Positions 38,171 to 52,200 of a stretch of DNA of 64,000 bases are shown here, in pieces (the stretch's first letter is position 1; every line of letters begins with the position of its first letter). The notes under the pieces were generated by a model. The model saw only the letters and a program-made list of their open reading frames with translations. It ran no database searches and was not told the DNA's origin. The DNA comes from Azolla caroliniana. Taxonomy: Eukaryota > Plantae > Polypodiophyta. A program made the position numbers and the translations under genes. The DNA lies in assembly GCA_043228905.1 (NCBI GenBank), contig JBHGNT010000015.1, forward strand, positions 1,736,001 through 1,800,000, written 5' to 3'.

Positions 38171-41139
38171 TTTCTTTTAAATAGTTTCTAGCAAATCTTA
38201 ATTCATGTATGTAGGAAATATTAACCCTATCTATTGTTTCGATAAATCGTTCTGTTAACCCCCAAGTTGCGTTTGAAATGAATATTTCCCGTAAACCCTG
38301 ATTTGTTTTTAAACAAGTCTTTTGACCAACCGTAATTTGATTCTAACGAGTCAAACCCTGACCTCATTTGTTTCAAATCTGCATCTTACCCTCTTGCCCT
38401 AACTCTAATATTTTTGCTGTTTCTGCAGATGTGGAAGAATTTTGTGAGCAGTGCGATCCTGGTAAGTCTAGATCAATTTTGTTTTTGCCATATAAAGGCT
38501 AAAATTGTTTAAATTCCTTAAAAAAAAAATTTGGCAAGGGGTCGCAACTTAACTTCTACCAAGAAAATCTTTGAAATTTAGTTATTTTGGCCTTTAAATT
38601 CTGCCGACGAAAATATGGGAAATTTTGTGGTAGCATCTTTATTTGATCGGTTTGTATGTTAAGAGAAAGATTTTGACACAATGCTATATTTTTTTCCCTT
38701 TGTATGCAGAGAAGGAGAATTTGTGTTTGTATGGTTTTCCCGACGAAGCATGGGAAGTAAATCTACCAGCAGAGGAGGTTCCTCCAGAGCTTCCGGAGCC
38801 TGCTTTAGGTATCAATTTCGCCCGAGATGGAATGCAACGAAAGGACTGGATTTCTCTCGTTGCTGTGCATAGCGATGCATGGCTTGTCTCTGTTGCCTTC
38901 TACTTTGGTGCGAGATTCGACAAGAATGATAGGTTAGTCATCAAGAAATCTTTCTTCTTTTATTGTATTTTATGGTATTTTATGCCAATTTGGAAAGGTT
39001 TTATTATCTTCATTCAGTATCCATTTTTGCTAATTGACTGGTGTTGTTTCTGGAAGTTTTGTTATTGTTGTTATTTGTTTGTATATTATGGAATTGTGCA
39101 ACGCTGGAACTTATGTGTAATGGTATATTAATTATGTGATTATTGTTAAATGCATTCATTATTTGTGTTCTAGGAGATGGTCCAATTCTACAACTTGCAT
39201 CATTGTCATTATTCAGTATTTCCATCTTATAGTATGTTGTCAATGCTGAAAGTTATGATTCTTGTTATTTCATGTACTATTTGTAACTTATAAAAGGGAG
39301 TCTATTTTAGAATGGTGTTAATTCTGTATTTTAACTGTATGGAATGGTGTCAATTCTGTGAGTTATACTAGGGTTGGTATTTCTTTTCTATAATTTCAGA
39401 GGTTAAATGAGTTCATGTGTTCTTCATTTTGAAATTGCAATTTTTAAAACATGTGAACTGCCCTTCATTGAGGCCCCAGAAGTAGTACAAATTTGAAGAT
39501 GACATCTTTGGTACCTCTTTTAGTGATTAGCATGGAAAGTGATTAGTGTGAAAGCATGTGAACTTTGAAGGTAGCAAGAATCCTTCTGTGAGGGTAGTAA
39601 AAAGTTAACAATGACATCTTTGTAGCAGATTTTCATGATTGGCATGGAGATAGTGGTTTCTAGTGATTGGAATGGATGTACATAAAGTCATCATGTCAGA
39701 ATTATGCCGCATCAGAGCTAAAGATTATTTGAGGGCCTGCAAGACTGGAAATGCCCCATATCTAGTCTTGGGTTGTTGCATCTGCACATCAGTGATGTGG
39801 AAGGGTAGCTATGTGAATGGCCTTCTTTAGTTGCATTTTGTTCTTATTCTCTATTTATTCGTGTTTTATTTCGCTGCCAATGTGTTTGCTTTAGCAGAAG
39901 TGATACTAATAAGGAATCATTTATCAACAGATAGTTATACTTCATTTTTTAGATATCTTTATAGCTAATTGACTGTCTCATTTCTGGTTAGAAGTAGACT
40001 TTATTTGGTTACACGTGATACTCAACTTTGTATAAAATTTGCTTTGGTTCATTCAATCTTTCATAGTTTCTACCCCTTGTATATCATATTCTATAGAGCT
40101 GATATTTGTAGACTTGATTTTCCCTCTTTAGTATCTTTTAGTTGTAGCTACATGCTTAAGATGATTTTCACTTTCTTTTTACAAATTGGTATTAGATACT
40201 AAACTCATGTAAGAATATATTTGGTCACTTACCGATAAGTTCTAAGCTCAAAATCATTTTACGAGCAAGTATTGAAGCTCAGGATTGTTGTAAGTTCAAC
40301 TTGGTTTCAAATACCCATATGGGAACATGTAATGTTTTATTAGATTCAGAGATACAAACTTAGTTTTTGTTTGTGTGGCACTTCCAAAATCTAGGATATT
40401 CTTGCCACGACCATGTTTTTTAAAATGCTTTATATGTAACCCATTTGGGACAACTCGAGGACTGAACAGGTTTTATGTACTCAGGAAAAAACTTTTCAAT
40501 TTGATCAATGATGTGCCCACAGTTCTCGATGTGGTGACGGGGAAAAAGCCTCTCAGAGAAAGTATTGCTTCTGCCAAAGAGAATAAGGTCACAATCAGCC
40601 ATAAATCTAATGGAAAAGCGAACTCCTCATCGACAAAGGTGGTAAGTTAAAAAGAATATCCTTTATCTTATGAGCATTCACTAATTCTGATATATGGGAA
40701 TCAAAATTTGCTCTTTTACAACATTACAGGCATAGGGATGTTTGTTTGGTAATAATCATGATGAGAATAAAAGAATAGTTCTTTGGTTGCGTTCTTATTA
40801 TATTATTATTTGTTGCAGAAGTCAACCAAACCCCCTCCCCCACCTCCATCACTTGATGATGGAGATTATGAAGAGGAAGCTCCAGATGATACTGATACTG
40901 ATAATGATGCCGATGCTGCTGATGAAGAAAAGGATACTTACGAAGGAGATGAAGATGAGCATGAAAGTACTCTATGTGGCATATGTGGTGAAAGCTATGG
41001 TCCTGATGAATTTTGGATTTGTTGTGATATTTGTGAGAGATGGTTCCATGGCAAATGTGTGAAGATTACACCCGCCAGAGCCGAGCATATTAAGCAATAT
41101 AAATGCCCATTTTGCAATAACAAACGGATGCGTGCATGA
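37702..41139 (+). CDS. Alfin-like PHD finger protein (PAL/DUF3594 plus PHD, H3K4me3 reader)
   Basis: Exons 37702-37801, 38429-38461, 38710-38932, 40485-40638 (or 40641), 40819-41139. Motifs [51 protein letters not shown] and [37 protein letters not shown]. Confidence 0.96.
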
Positions 41140-43276
41140 ATATGGATGTATCATGTATCATGTATCATGGATAATGTGATACTAGATGAAAGAGTATACG
41201 GAAAAACAACAAAGCAAATCAATCTATTGGAAGATTAGCAGTCAATGTGGGAATTTATGAAATTTTATTTTGAGCTTCATGAGAGATGGCCATTCAAGAG
41301 GTTTTCACATACATACCCATATGTCAGGAGCGATTTGTATTGGAAGCTAACTTAACTACCCACTTTAACACAATTGGGTACTGTTTCGTTATGTAAGTTA
41401 TTTTATCGAGGAATCGATCCAAAATGCGCTCCTAGCATGGTTTCTTTTTAAATACGATAATTCTGTTATATCCCATGCTTTTGGGTCAGCTTCTTGACTT
41501 TTAGTGTAGCAAGAAGTATATAAATGGTAACATCTCATTCCTATTCTCTACAGGCCAGATCTAGATTTTATTTTATTCTTGTCAATTTGCGGCAGTCCAT
41601 TGGATCATGGTGAGCACACATCTCCGCTCTTCTTTCATCGTTGCTTTTAATGAAGATCCTGTGTGTTTTTTACTTGATAGGTATGTGTATATTGTCATAG
41701 AAATAATGATTTATAGGGTTGACAAATCAGCCTGATAGTATGAATTTTGATGGCCTCATGTTTTTTCTAAGGTAAAGTTAATGACAGGATTATTTATTTA
41801 ACCATAGATGGGTACAGATTACATGATATGATTTTTAATGCTTACAGTAAACTTCCATTGTCATAAAAATAATGAGTTAATGGAAGATGTCTGATTTGGT
41901 GATGGAAGTCGGTGTTTCTTATCACATTTTAATATATGCTGACTTCTTTGTGCAGCTTTGACTTAAGACCATGATTTTGATATTCTCATGCCTCGTCTCT
42001 GCCTAATAACGATAAAATATTGAAACCACATCTTAGATTTTGTTATTCTCATGCCCAAATCTACAGTGCGCCTCTGCCTTCCAAAGCCAGTTCAAAGCAA
42101 GCTTGGATTTTTAATCCAATAGCTAGGGAATTGAGAGAACAAACAAATGTGATGACTCAGAGAATGATTACCTCAATCAACTAGCTGCCAAGATTTGTTC
42201 TGAAAAAATGATGAACTTTACAAACGAGATAAAAGGTCCACTATTAGACAAAAAGTACAGTATTAGGATTGCAAATGATAAAGGAGGCAGTCTATGCTTA
42301 TTGATGGCTAGAAATAGAATTTCCACTGATAATCCATCAACTTAAATTCAATAGCAAACTGCTTGTCTCTAACAGCAACTACCGGCGATCTTCAAAGCAT
42401 GCAATCTATGGTCAAATAAGATGTCCCTGTTTGTCTGTAGTTATGGCTAGAAGGTTGCTTCAGAACTTCCTCCTACTGACCTATCCTCCATCCATCTTGT
42501 CCCATCATTTCCATATTCTCCAGCAACCATGGATGCTCTGTTCCATCGAACATTATCGAGACACAAAAGCAGTTAGACACCTATTTCTTCTCTACTGCTG
42601 CTGATTTTGCTTAGATGAGGGATGACAATCATGCTCTGATTCATCTAAAAGAGAAAATTGTATCATTTGCAAAGGCACTTTGTGTGACAGAAAGAAAAAA
42701 CTCCTACCTGCATCTATTTATGCATTAGTGTGTGTTTTCATGGTCAGTTTTTGGGCTATAACGTATAAAGTTTTCTATAGGTTGCAAAAACTACACACAC
42801 GTACTGGTTTTGTAGATAATTTAGGATAATTAGAAGAACCCTAACCAAAAGCTCATTGAAGCTTCCACTGTGGCTTATGAGACCCAAGAAAAGTTGTGAC
42901 GTGAGTCTAAACCATATAGAGGATTTTAGTAGCAATGTGATACATGCATGATAAAGACTCATGAGAGGAGACATGAAAGGAGGTTTTGTTTAGTGTGTGT
43001 ACTGAGCTTCTTCATTTCAATGTATCCCATCCTAGCAGAATTGGAAGAAGGTATATTGATGTTTATTCTTGATAGAGAGAGAGAGAGAGCCGATTGGGTG
43101 ATGATTGAAATGGCTGTATAGACTCTTTGAAGACTGTAGTTCTAAAAAAAAACATGTTCTACAATGAAAAGTTGTTATACTAGGCCTAATTTCATTTCCA
43201 TCCAAGTCTCTCGAAGAGAAGCGGGAGGTCAAAGGGTTGCGATGTGGATGTGGCCCGTGGTCCCAATGTAAAAGGT

Positions 43277-43297
43277 ACCCCAACCATAGCTTCTAGT

Positions 43298-43329
<32 letters not shown>
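43277..43329. repeat. (GA)n microsatellite
   Basis: About 15 GA units at 43299-43329. Confidence 0.85.
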
Positions 43330-43333
<4 letters not shown>

Positions 43334-45072
43334 TCTATTGTTTGCAATTTGAACTTAGACCCTTATGCATGGGTGGGTGAATTTTGGGGAAAATGAGCCA
43401 TGTCCATCATCCCAGCCAAACAAGGGTAGTGTTAGGAACAGGAATCACAAGAAGCAAAAAATGGCCCAAAGAGGCAGTTTTTTAAGCTACAATTATGGCT
43501 GCTCAAAGAATGTATACAAATGTAATTAGAGACACTATGAAGTTGTGGACTGTGTGCTTCTCTTTTGAAACAACGGAGCGGTGTCAGAAACTTATTGTGG
43601 AAATGCCGATGCCAAGCTGCAAAAGCAAAGAAGTTGGAAGCTCTAAATACGCGATGGAAAGAAGGTGCAGCAACAGCTTGTGCATGGACTGAAAAGAAAG
43701 CTAAGGAAGAGAAAACTGAACATGCCCATGCTATGTCATAAGCATTTGCTGGTTTATGATGCACATCTCCAGTTTGAACCCGATTTGTGAAGGTGATTTA
43801 CATAGTTTTGGATACTTGGAGGAGAATAGTATCATTACAGAAACATGCCAAAAAAAAAAAAAAAGTTCTGAGAGTTTACAGTTTTTGGTAGTTGAACAAA
43901 CCGGAAATAACTCATCAGCAGAACACCTTATTAAGTGAAGGTACCGAAAAGAGCCTTGAGTTAAAGTTTTGGTTCAATAATTGTTTCAATATGTAAGCTT
44001 CAGATACATAGCAAGGTTTTGTAAAGTTCAAGGATTGATGCTTGTTTCAAGTAGTTACAAGAATCAATGCTTTGTTTGTTTCTTTCATGTGTTCAAGGAT
44101 CAATGCTTGTCCATTGAGTTAAATGGTTTTGGTCACGTGACTTTCTTGACATATAAACTTTATTCCTATCCGCACATCTATCACACAATACGAATACATA
44201 CATACATACACACTTGTGATGAAGTATCCCCATGTTTTAAAGCACGAGAGAGCTGAACAAAACATGCTTCTCTCATATTCCATTTAATGGTTGGAGTAGT
44301 TATGGCATTTTTAATCATTTTCAATTTTTGGATTCTTGATTATGCAACTAATGATGACATGTTTCTGCCCATTTTCAACTACTTTCTATGATCATAAAGT
44401 GCATTGACTCAATCACTCCATAATTTTAAGTGTATCGAATCTTCGACCTGGTTTTGGAAATTAGGGCCTTACTGCTTGCATTTAGGGATGGAAATCACTT
44501 CAATAACACCATGAGTCCTCTTTTTCTATAGAACTTAAAAGGATATATTCTTTGTGGTTGTGCTAGAGAAGCACCATCCATAATTATAGCACGGCTATAT
44601 TTTGTAATTAGGCAATTATCGAATCCCTGTACAAAGAAATATGTGGAGTCGGGTTTAGCCCTATTTACTCTGTTGTATACATGCCAAAGAATGTTACTTT
44701 ACATTCTAATATCTGGGGTTCTTTCGAGGTGTTAACACAGGCATCATTAAGATGAACATAAATTAATCTAACATTGGCATCGTTAAGATGAATATACATT
44801 CTTCAATATGCTTAGACATTTTTGTGGCCCCTGAAAACGACAGAATCAAAATGAATCTGCTTCCTTTTCGAAATTATTTTGCAGTATGATACTTACACAT
44901 ATAACTGGTATGGATGTATGGATTTTTACATTTATGAATTGTCAATAATCAAATTAATTACAAACAAATGCAGCAATTTAACTCAGGAAACTGCAAATAA
45001 GCTTCATGAGTTCATTCACTCCATCACAACATGAGCCATGGAAACTCAAAAACATTTGAATACAAGCTCTTG

Positions 45073-46305
45073 TCATGAACTCTTTGCATGGGGCTGAAGC
45101 TGCTTGATTGAATGATAGAGACAAGGCAACGCGATGTCTGCCCCAAGGAAGAACCAAGGAAGACAACTGAATTCTGCTCCAAAAGTCTTACAAAGCCAAG
45201 AGTCAAAGATAACAGCACCAAGTGACAGCAATGCTGCTAGGACAGAGCAATGGAGCCAGACCAACATGCGGATGGAGGGGCCGGGGCGTGTGAACATGAC
45301 CTTCAAATAGAAATGAAAACCAAACCCAACGGCAATTAGGGAGGGTAAGACATACAACAAATCCCGGATGTATTGGGCACCTAGAACGGACAGGCCAATC
45401 ACGAGTACAAAGACCGAGTACATGCAGGCCCTCCACACGAGGCGTGTGTCATCGGGAGGCGGGGCATGTGGATTCATCCGCCATGCAATGCCGATGCCGA
45501 TGCCGGAGATGATGGCCATGCAACACGATGCCGTAGAAACAACATCAAGTAAGTAGAAGAAATGACTGGTAGTAAGAATACAATGAAACATAAGGCCACC
45601 CAGGCTCATTAATCCATACCACATGAAGGCCAAACCCCATGTGAAAGACCCTGTTTTCGGGTTTCGGCTCCGATATGCATCAGACAGAAGTGGGAAGGAG
45701 TACAAAAGCCCCATCACGATGCCGGCCACGCAGAAGATTGATCCCAGTGGCCAATGAATGGTGAGGGAAAGATCCCTTGACACCTAACATATATCCACAA
45801 AGAAGGATCTTATTGGAGGTTTTCTTAATTAGGATTTCGTTTCTTGTGTGAGGGTGATTGTTTTTGTTAGGGTTTTGTGCCTATGAATGATGGAAATAAA
45901 GAGTTCTTTTTTTTTTCTGGTAGTAGGATAACTTCAACCCAGATTTGATCAGTAAAAAGCATGTTAAAACCTTGATGTTGAATCAAAGGTCTATTTTCTT
46001 AATTCCAGCAAGTTCGGGTAGTTTCAATAGAATCATTTTTGTTTTTGTGAGGAATTTAAAAAACAGATCAGGAAGTTTAGTCCTAATCAAGTAGGTCGAA
46101 TAACTACTCAGTAACTCAACAAACTAAGAGTCACTCGGACAATAAAATGGAAAAGAAGAAGAAGAGGATGAGACACCTGAAAGGCCATATGTGGGCGAGG
46201 GCAGAGCTCCTCCACCTCTGCAGGGAAGGCAAAGCTCCATAGTTTGTGGAAGAGGGGTTGGGTCTGGTAGAGATGCACCACAGAGGGAAAGAAATTCCTC
46301 ACCAT
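45073..46305 (-). CDS. Uncharacterised ~279-aa multi-pass (about 6-7 TM) membrane protein
   Basis: Exon 46305-46177 (MVRNFF...CPRPHMAFQ, GT donor) splices in frame to 45783-45073. Alternating hydrophobic helices, elevated GC, and an AG acceptor just upstream of the ATG (5' UTR intron). Confidence 0.82.
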
Positions 46306-49272
46306 ATCTGCAGACATGGCTATGAACAATAATATAACAATAAGCACACACACACACACAGTTCACAGGAACTCAAAAAACAAAAACAGAGCATAAGAAA
46401 ACAGTATGTATGTGTGTGTATATATTATATGTATAGTACATATAAGCTTTAATGGGTACTGTTTTTTTTTTTACTCTTATCACATTCTGATTTACTCATC
46501 AATCTGATGAGTAGATTTACTCATCAATCAATCTGTTTCCTAGCAATTCCATGTACCGGAGAAAGAGAAAGTAAAAGATGCGATCGGATGGCTTCGAATG
46601 GAGCCGCTGATGTTTCCGGTACCTTCTCGACAATCACTATGTTGTGGGGAGGTGTCGGGGACCTCTGCTCGGAACTTTTGCGGCTCTAGAGTAGTGAGTA
46701 CCAGGACTTTTGTCTGAACCACAATGTATATATGATATCGTATATCTATATCCGACAAAGATGTGTCACCACCCATATCCCTCTGTTTGACTACCCTTGT
46801 TCCGAGTAACGTGTTTGCCTCGCAACTTACGATGCCTCTTTTTCCCTCCACTGTCTCATGATAACATCCCAATGGACACGAATTCAATATCGTCACAATC
46901 AAAACAAAAGGATATAGATATAGATATTATACATTGCAGTTCATGCAAAATGACAAAGCCCCCCCCAAAAGAAAAGAGACCCCAAGGATGTATAATCGTA
47001 AATGAGGGGGACTCTTCGTCCTCCATATGATAGATTCATCACAAGTATAAGGAAAAACGTGTTCAACTTGGAAGTCGGTGTAGAAAATAACACAAGTTTT
47101 ATCATCTGGAAAAGAAAGGGCCTTGCCTTGTGCTCATTGTAGATTATGACATGTCAACAATCTCATGATTATGAGCTTTAGGTGCCAATACCAAAAGGCA
47201 TGCTCTAATGTCTGTGAGAATTAGTAGTATTTATTGCACGCCTTGACATTAGGTATGTTTGAATGTGCTTTCCTTGCACCATATATGCCGCTTTACACCA
47301 TTCTCACAAGGATGTGTATAGAAGTATTGGGCGAAACTTTGACTCTGCATTCATAGCATCATATATTGATTGCGACCATTCTAATAAATAGTGTGTATAT
47401 GGTGAACTCAACAACTCAACATTCCAAAGTGAACAAAAAGTAAAGCCTAACGAGTCGTGTCCGTTAGGTTGATATGTATGCCCCACAATAAAGTTTGTAT
47501 GTTTGAGTATTCCTAGAAGACAAAAGGCAAATATTCCTCAACGATGGGTTGAGACATTAGAAATATTATATTCCTCACGAAATCAACCAAATAAAAACTC
47601 ATATTGAGTGGACTCAAAACATTATCCGTAAGTGATACACTAAAACCAAAGCACCAAAATACAATCATATTTTAAAGGTTGACATCAAGACGGCATTGCT
47701 TTCTAAGATGTCATTATGTTCCTTAGAATACTAAAATACCCCAAACACGCCTTAAACTTTGAAAGAAGAGCATCTAAAATTATCTTTTGCGCTAATTGTC
47801 AATTTCGACATGTGTTACTAAATTTACATATACAAAATATTTCTTCACGACAATTATTGAGTGTCTCTCTTAAATAGGATGAAATTGAGTCGTTTAACAA
47901 TTATTTTGGCAACATTTTAAATGTTCAAAAATAATAATGTCATCCTTTGAAATGATGGCAAACATTTACCAAATCCTTGTTTGCATTGCTTTTTCCAACA
48001 CCACTAGACTTGCATCATTGTTGTACATTCCTAGTGTACTTCTATCACTTCATAGTAACATATTTCAAGAGTTTCATACGATAGCAATGTTGACAACTAA
48101 GGTGTATACAAGTAGGTTGTGCATGTAAAGTGTTCCACAAATTGAACTCATGTAGAATGTGAGGAACAGGTGAATACAATAGAGGGTAAAGAGGTTCATG
48201 TTTTAATACAACTTGTAATGGGCTTAATCTAGTTGTTGAAGCAATGGACATCACATTCTCCGGGATATTTATCCTCAATCTCCACACGCATGATCCTGTC
48301 AGCATTATCTTGATCCATAATCAACCGTAAAGTTGAAGCTAGAGCAGTGCCAGCCCACTTTCAACACCCTTACCAAAGGATAGATGGGATTCCCATCTTC
48401 AATTAGGAGCTGATCAGAAATACACAACCAAAGCAACATTAAACTATGCTACACAATTATGTTAACAATGTTAACAATGGTGGGTACCATACTAGGAAGC
48501 CCTTGTATAACAGCCATTTAACAGGGCAGAGCCACCAAGTAGGCCTCCACACACTGGCTTCATAATTACAATTCCAATGCATTTCATTTACAAGCCCAAA
48601 TATGAATCTAATCTTGTATACATATTTTGAAATATTGATTTACATAATCTTATAAACAAAATGGCCATTTTCTCAAAAGCAAGCATTGGTTGAAGTAAGG
48701 TTAAAAAAGCCTCTTCCCATAGGGACAAAAATGAACTCAAAATAACAGACCACATTTGTGGAACTACAAAATATTCATCATATTCTAGGTTGACACCAAG
48801 AAGGAATATTGATTCAATATTCAGTCTTAATCAGCAATATCATGTGGTTTTGTAGAAAATCATCTGGCCCTAACTTGGAAAAATTTCAGATATTTAACGC
48901 CAACTTTGCATAGCCCTCAATCTCAGTTTGTCATCCTGGAATCTTGCTTGAACTTTGAATCTTATTTATATTCCCACAAATGATCTTGATCGTATGATAT
49001 TGTTTGAACTTTTTATTATTTATACTTGATCATATGGAAGTTGTAACATTGTCTGTGTCTCTAAAACATGTCCCCAAAATGTCTTGTAGTGGAGCATTTT
49101 CCATTTTGACGTTTCATACCTCAGGTTCTTAACCAAGAAGGCTGAAATACTTATCAGGCACATGTTTCTATATGAGAATTTGTAAACTAATGATTGAGAC
49201 AAGGTCCAGCAAGTATTCAAATAGACAAAAACACACTCAAGATCCATTGTGACTATATATGTGTATCATAGT

Positions 49273-52200
49273 TCACTTTGCTCGCTTGGATTTCTTTAGC
49301 CTTGGAACAATGCTGGCATCATCAGTATCCAGCATGTGTGAATATTCTTCAAAGCTAGCGAAAGGAGATTTCTTAGAACCATCTTTGTTTTTCATTCTCT
49401 GCCCTTTCAATGTTGGTACTGACTCTTGCTTTCTCTTTTTCTTCAACACTTTCTTTGAAGCTCGCTTTGAGCTTCTTAATTCATCACTCTCTATATCGTC
49501 AGACGGTATATCATCCTCATTCTCGTCCATGTTGCCGAATGCAGTATCTTCTCCAGAGCTATTATCTTCTCCATCCATGTTATTTTCAGATGCAGCACCA
49601 TCTTCCTCAAAAATCCATTCCCCTTCCGAATCATTTTCATCATCAGTCACATCATCCAATCCCATCTCCTCACCTTCTTCTTGTTCAAGAAGATCCTCTA
49701 TTTCATCATCGTCGCTCTCATCACCCATAAGGTCATTGTCATCATTGTTTGGAGCCATATCTTCCTTCATCTTAAACTCTTTGTTTGCGTTTCCCTTTCT
49801 ATTTACTTTGGCAGTATAAAACTTGTGGAATGCTATATCTTCTGGAGCAACCTCTCCTTCTGTTAGTTCAAGGAACTCGGCTCCAACAGGCAAAATATTT
49901 GACTGTGTTGATGCCTACAAGACATAAAAGGATGTAAATTTTGTATCGTGAAAGAATGTGTAACATTTTGAAGCTAAAAAGAAAGTTTACTTTTCTAGTT
50001 GGCGTTGACAGAGAAGAACCATGCCATGTTTCACTTTTCCGACGAGATTTTGGTTTTTTCTCTGTGAAGCGATCCAAGAAAACACCTAGTGCAAGGTCCC
50101 TTAATGGATCTCCGGTATATAAAATACTCGCACCAGACAGCAGCGTTTTGGCCATTGCTGCAACTGAAGGATGTGCATGTGATGCTAAAACTGTAAGTTC
50201 CCACCAACAAGCTTGATCCGCATTGCTGTGAATCAGGAAAACAATTACTTGTTGTAGCTAAAATACATTTGCCAAAAATCAAATCACTTGCTGAAGTAGG
50301 AATAAAGCCTATAAGATAGTAGAGCTATAAAGAAAACTAGGAAATCGTTTTTCTAAGATTCAAACCTCTTTAAGAAAAACTATCCTAGTCTAGGCATCAT
50401 TGCCATTGCAAAAACAAATTCACTGTTGATTATTGGACTGTAACTTGGCGCACTAACTAGCCATGGAAGTAATTGTAGAAAAAACTAATCTCTACCTAGA
50501 CATCACTATATTGCATCTACAGATTCATTTATGTATAATTTTCGTGTTACCAGGAATACCAACTGGTCATAGAGGTAGCAGTTACATATGCAGTATGAGC
50601 TTAGCAAATGTTTTATGACATAATGCACCAGATGCAACATTTAACATTTTTGTCAATAGTAGTATATAACCCATGACCAAAGCAGGGGGCATACTATATG
50701 CTATTGATTGAAATGCTTTGTGGTGTTCCTACAATGAGATTAAAAAAAAAGATTTATTATATCTGAACAGAGTTAAAGAGTTCTCTAAACAGATGTCTAC
50801 AAAACTCCTTGACTCTATTCATATCAGGTATAGGAAGCATCTCCACAAGAAGTTTTAATCTCTGTTTAGGAAAATTCATACAGATTATTAAGAGAAACCA
50901 GAAATTTCACCAAACAGATCACAATGTACGATTTCTGTAATTCAACATCTAAAACTGGCCCAGACAAACCTCAAAGAAAGAAATCACCATGTTTATTAAA
51001 TCAAGTCCCTTTTTATTGTCAAAGACCCCTTTTTTTATATCTGAGAAACTAAGAAGGGAGTTTATGAAGTCTTTTTTTTTAACGAATACTTTATCATGCA
51101 TTCGTATTCGTATGTATTCATTTGGGAGGCCCCACGAATGCGAATATGTCAATCTATGATTATACATATGTACATGACATATATCTTGATAAGTATTTTT
51201 TATTTTGACAGCATACACACATTATATATATATATATATATATATCCATACCAAAATGAAGGATCTCGATGCCGCATATTGTACTGTCCCTCTTTCACGC
51301 CCTCAATTTTGTGCAGAGATGTGTCAGCAGAAACTTTCTCAGCTGCAGCATCTGCAAAAAGGAGAGTGCGATTTACATTCAGTTGGGAAGATGCATTATA
51401 AACATTACAATCCATGGTTTTTAATAATAATGAATTAGACATTTGATTCCCAAAAAAAATCATCCCAATTGGGCTACACAGGCAATACCACTTCCATCCA
51501 TGATTCCAAAACAAAGTCACATTCCAATTGGGCTAGAAAAGCAACACCCATCACCATCCAAGCTTCTTAATGATGAAATAGACAGAACTATGAACTAGAC
51601 ACTGGATTACAAAACAAAGTCTTGTTTCAATTGGGTAGAGAGGGGAATACCCTCGCAGATGTCTTGAAAAAAGTTAGTTTCATCTCCATCTTTCACCATT
51701 TCATCTCCATCTTGAACCATCTCATCTTCAACAATGTCCTTAAAGCGCTCTACTTCTTCATCCCCATCTTCAGGCTGGGTAATTGCATGCCTATAGCAAC
51801 ACAAATAAAAATTCATGAAAAATCACACAAATCCACAAATTTGTCACGATCTGAATTCCAGCTCCAAACATGATAACAGTTTACCAAAGAGAAGGTCTTG
51901 ACTTGAGAACCTCCGATAATAGTAGAAGACACCCACAAGCAAACTGAGGAGCTCCCTGTAGAGCAACCTGCATATAGAAGACTCTTTCTAGCATTGTATA
52001 GCAAATTCTACGCATCCTTCAACAAACTGTAATCCAAAATATGAGGAACATTGTGGAGTATATGAAAAAAGCGACTCTGTAAAGTTTCTAAGTATTCAAA
52101 ACTATGACGGAATCTCTCTTTTATCTTCAGATACTGAGTGCTATTTACCTGCATCAGTCGCTTAGAAAAAGCAGCCATCCTCTTTGAGCTGATGTCTGAT

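Noticed and set aside
46488-46535. CTGATGAG next to a hairpin, a possible hammerhead
   Set aside because: No GAAA or stem III; it is a short duplication/palindrome (gatgagtagatttactcatc).
49259-49819. Ser-rich 186-aa plus-strand ORF (and similar ORFs at 57406-58635)
   Set aside because: Antisense shadows of NOC1 acidic/Lys-rich exons and CT-rich repeats.
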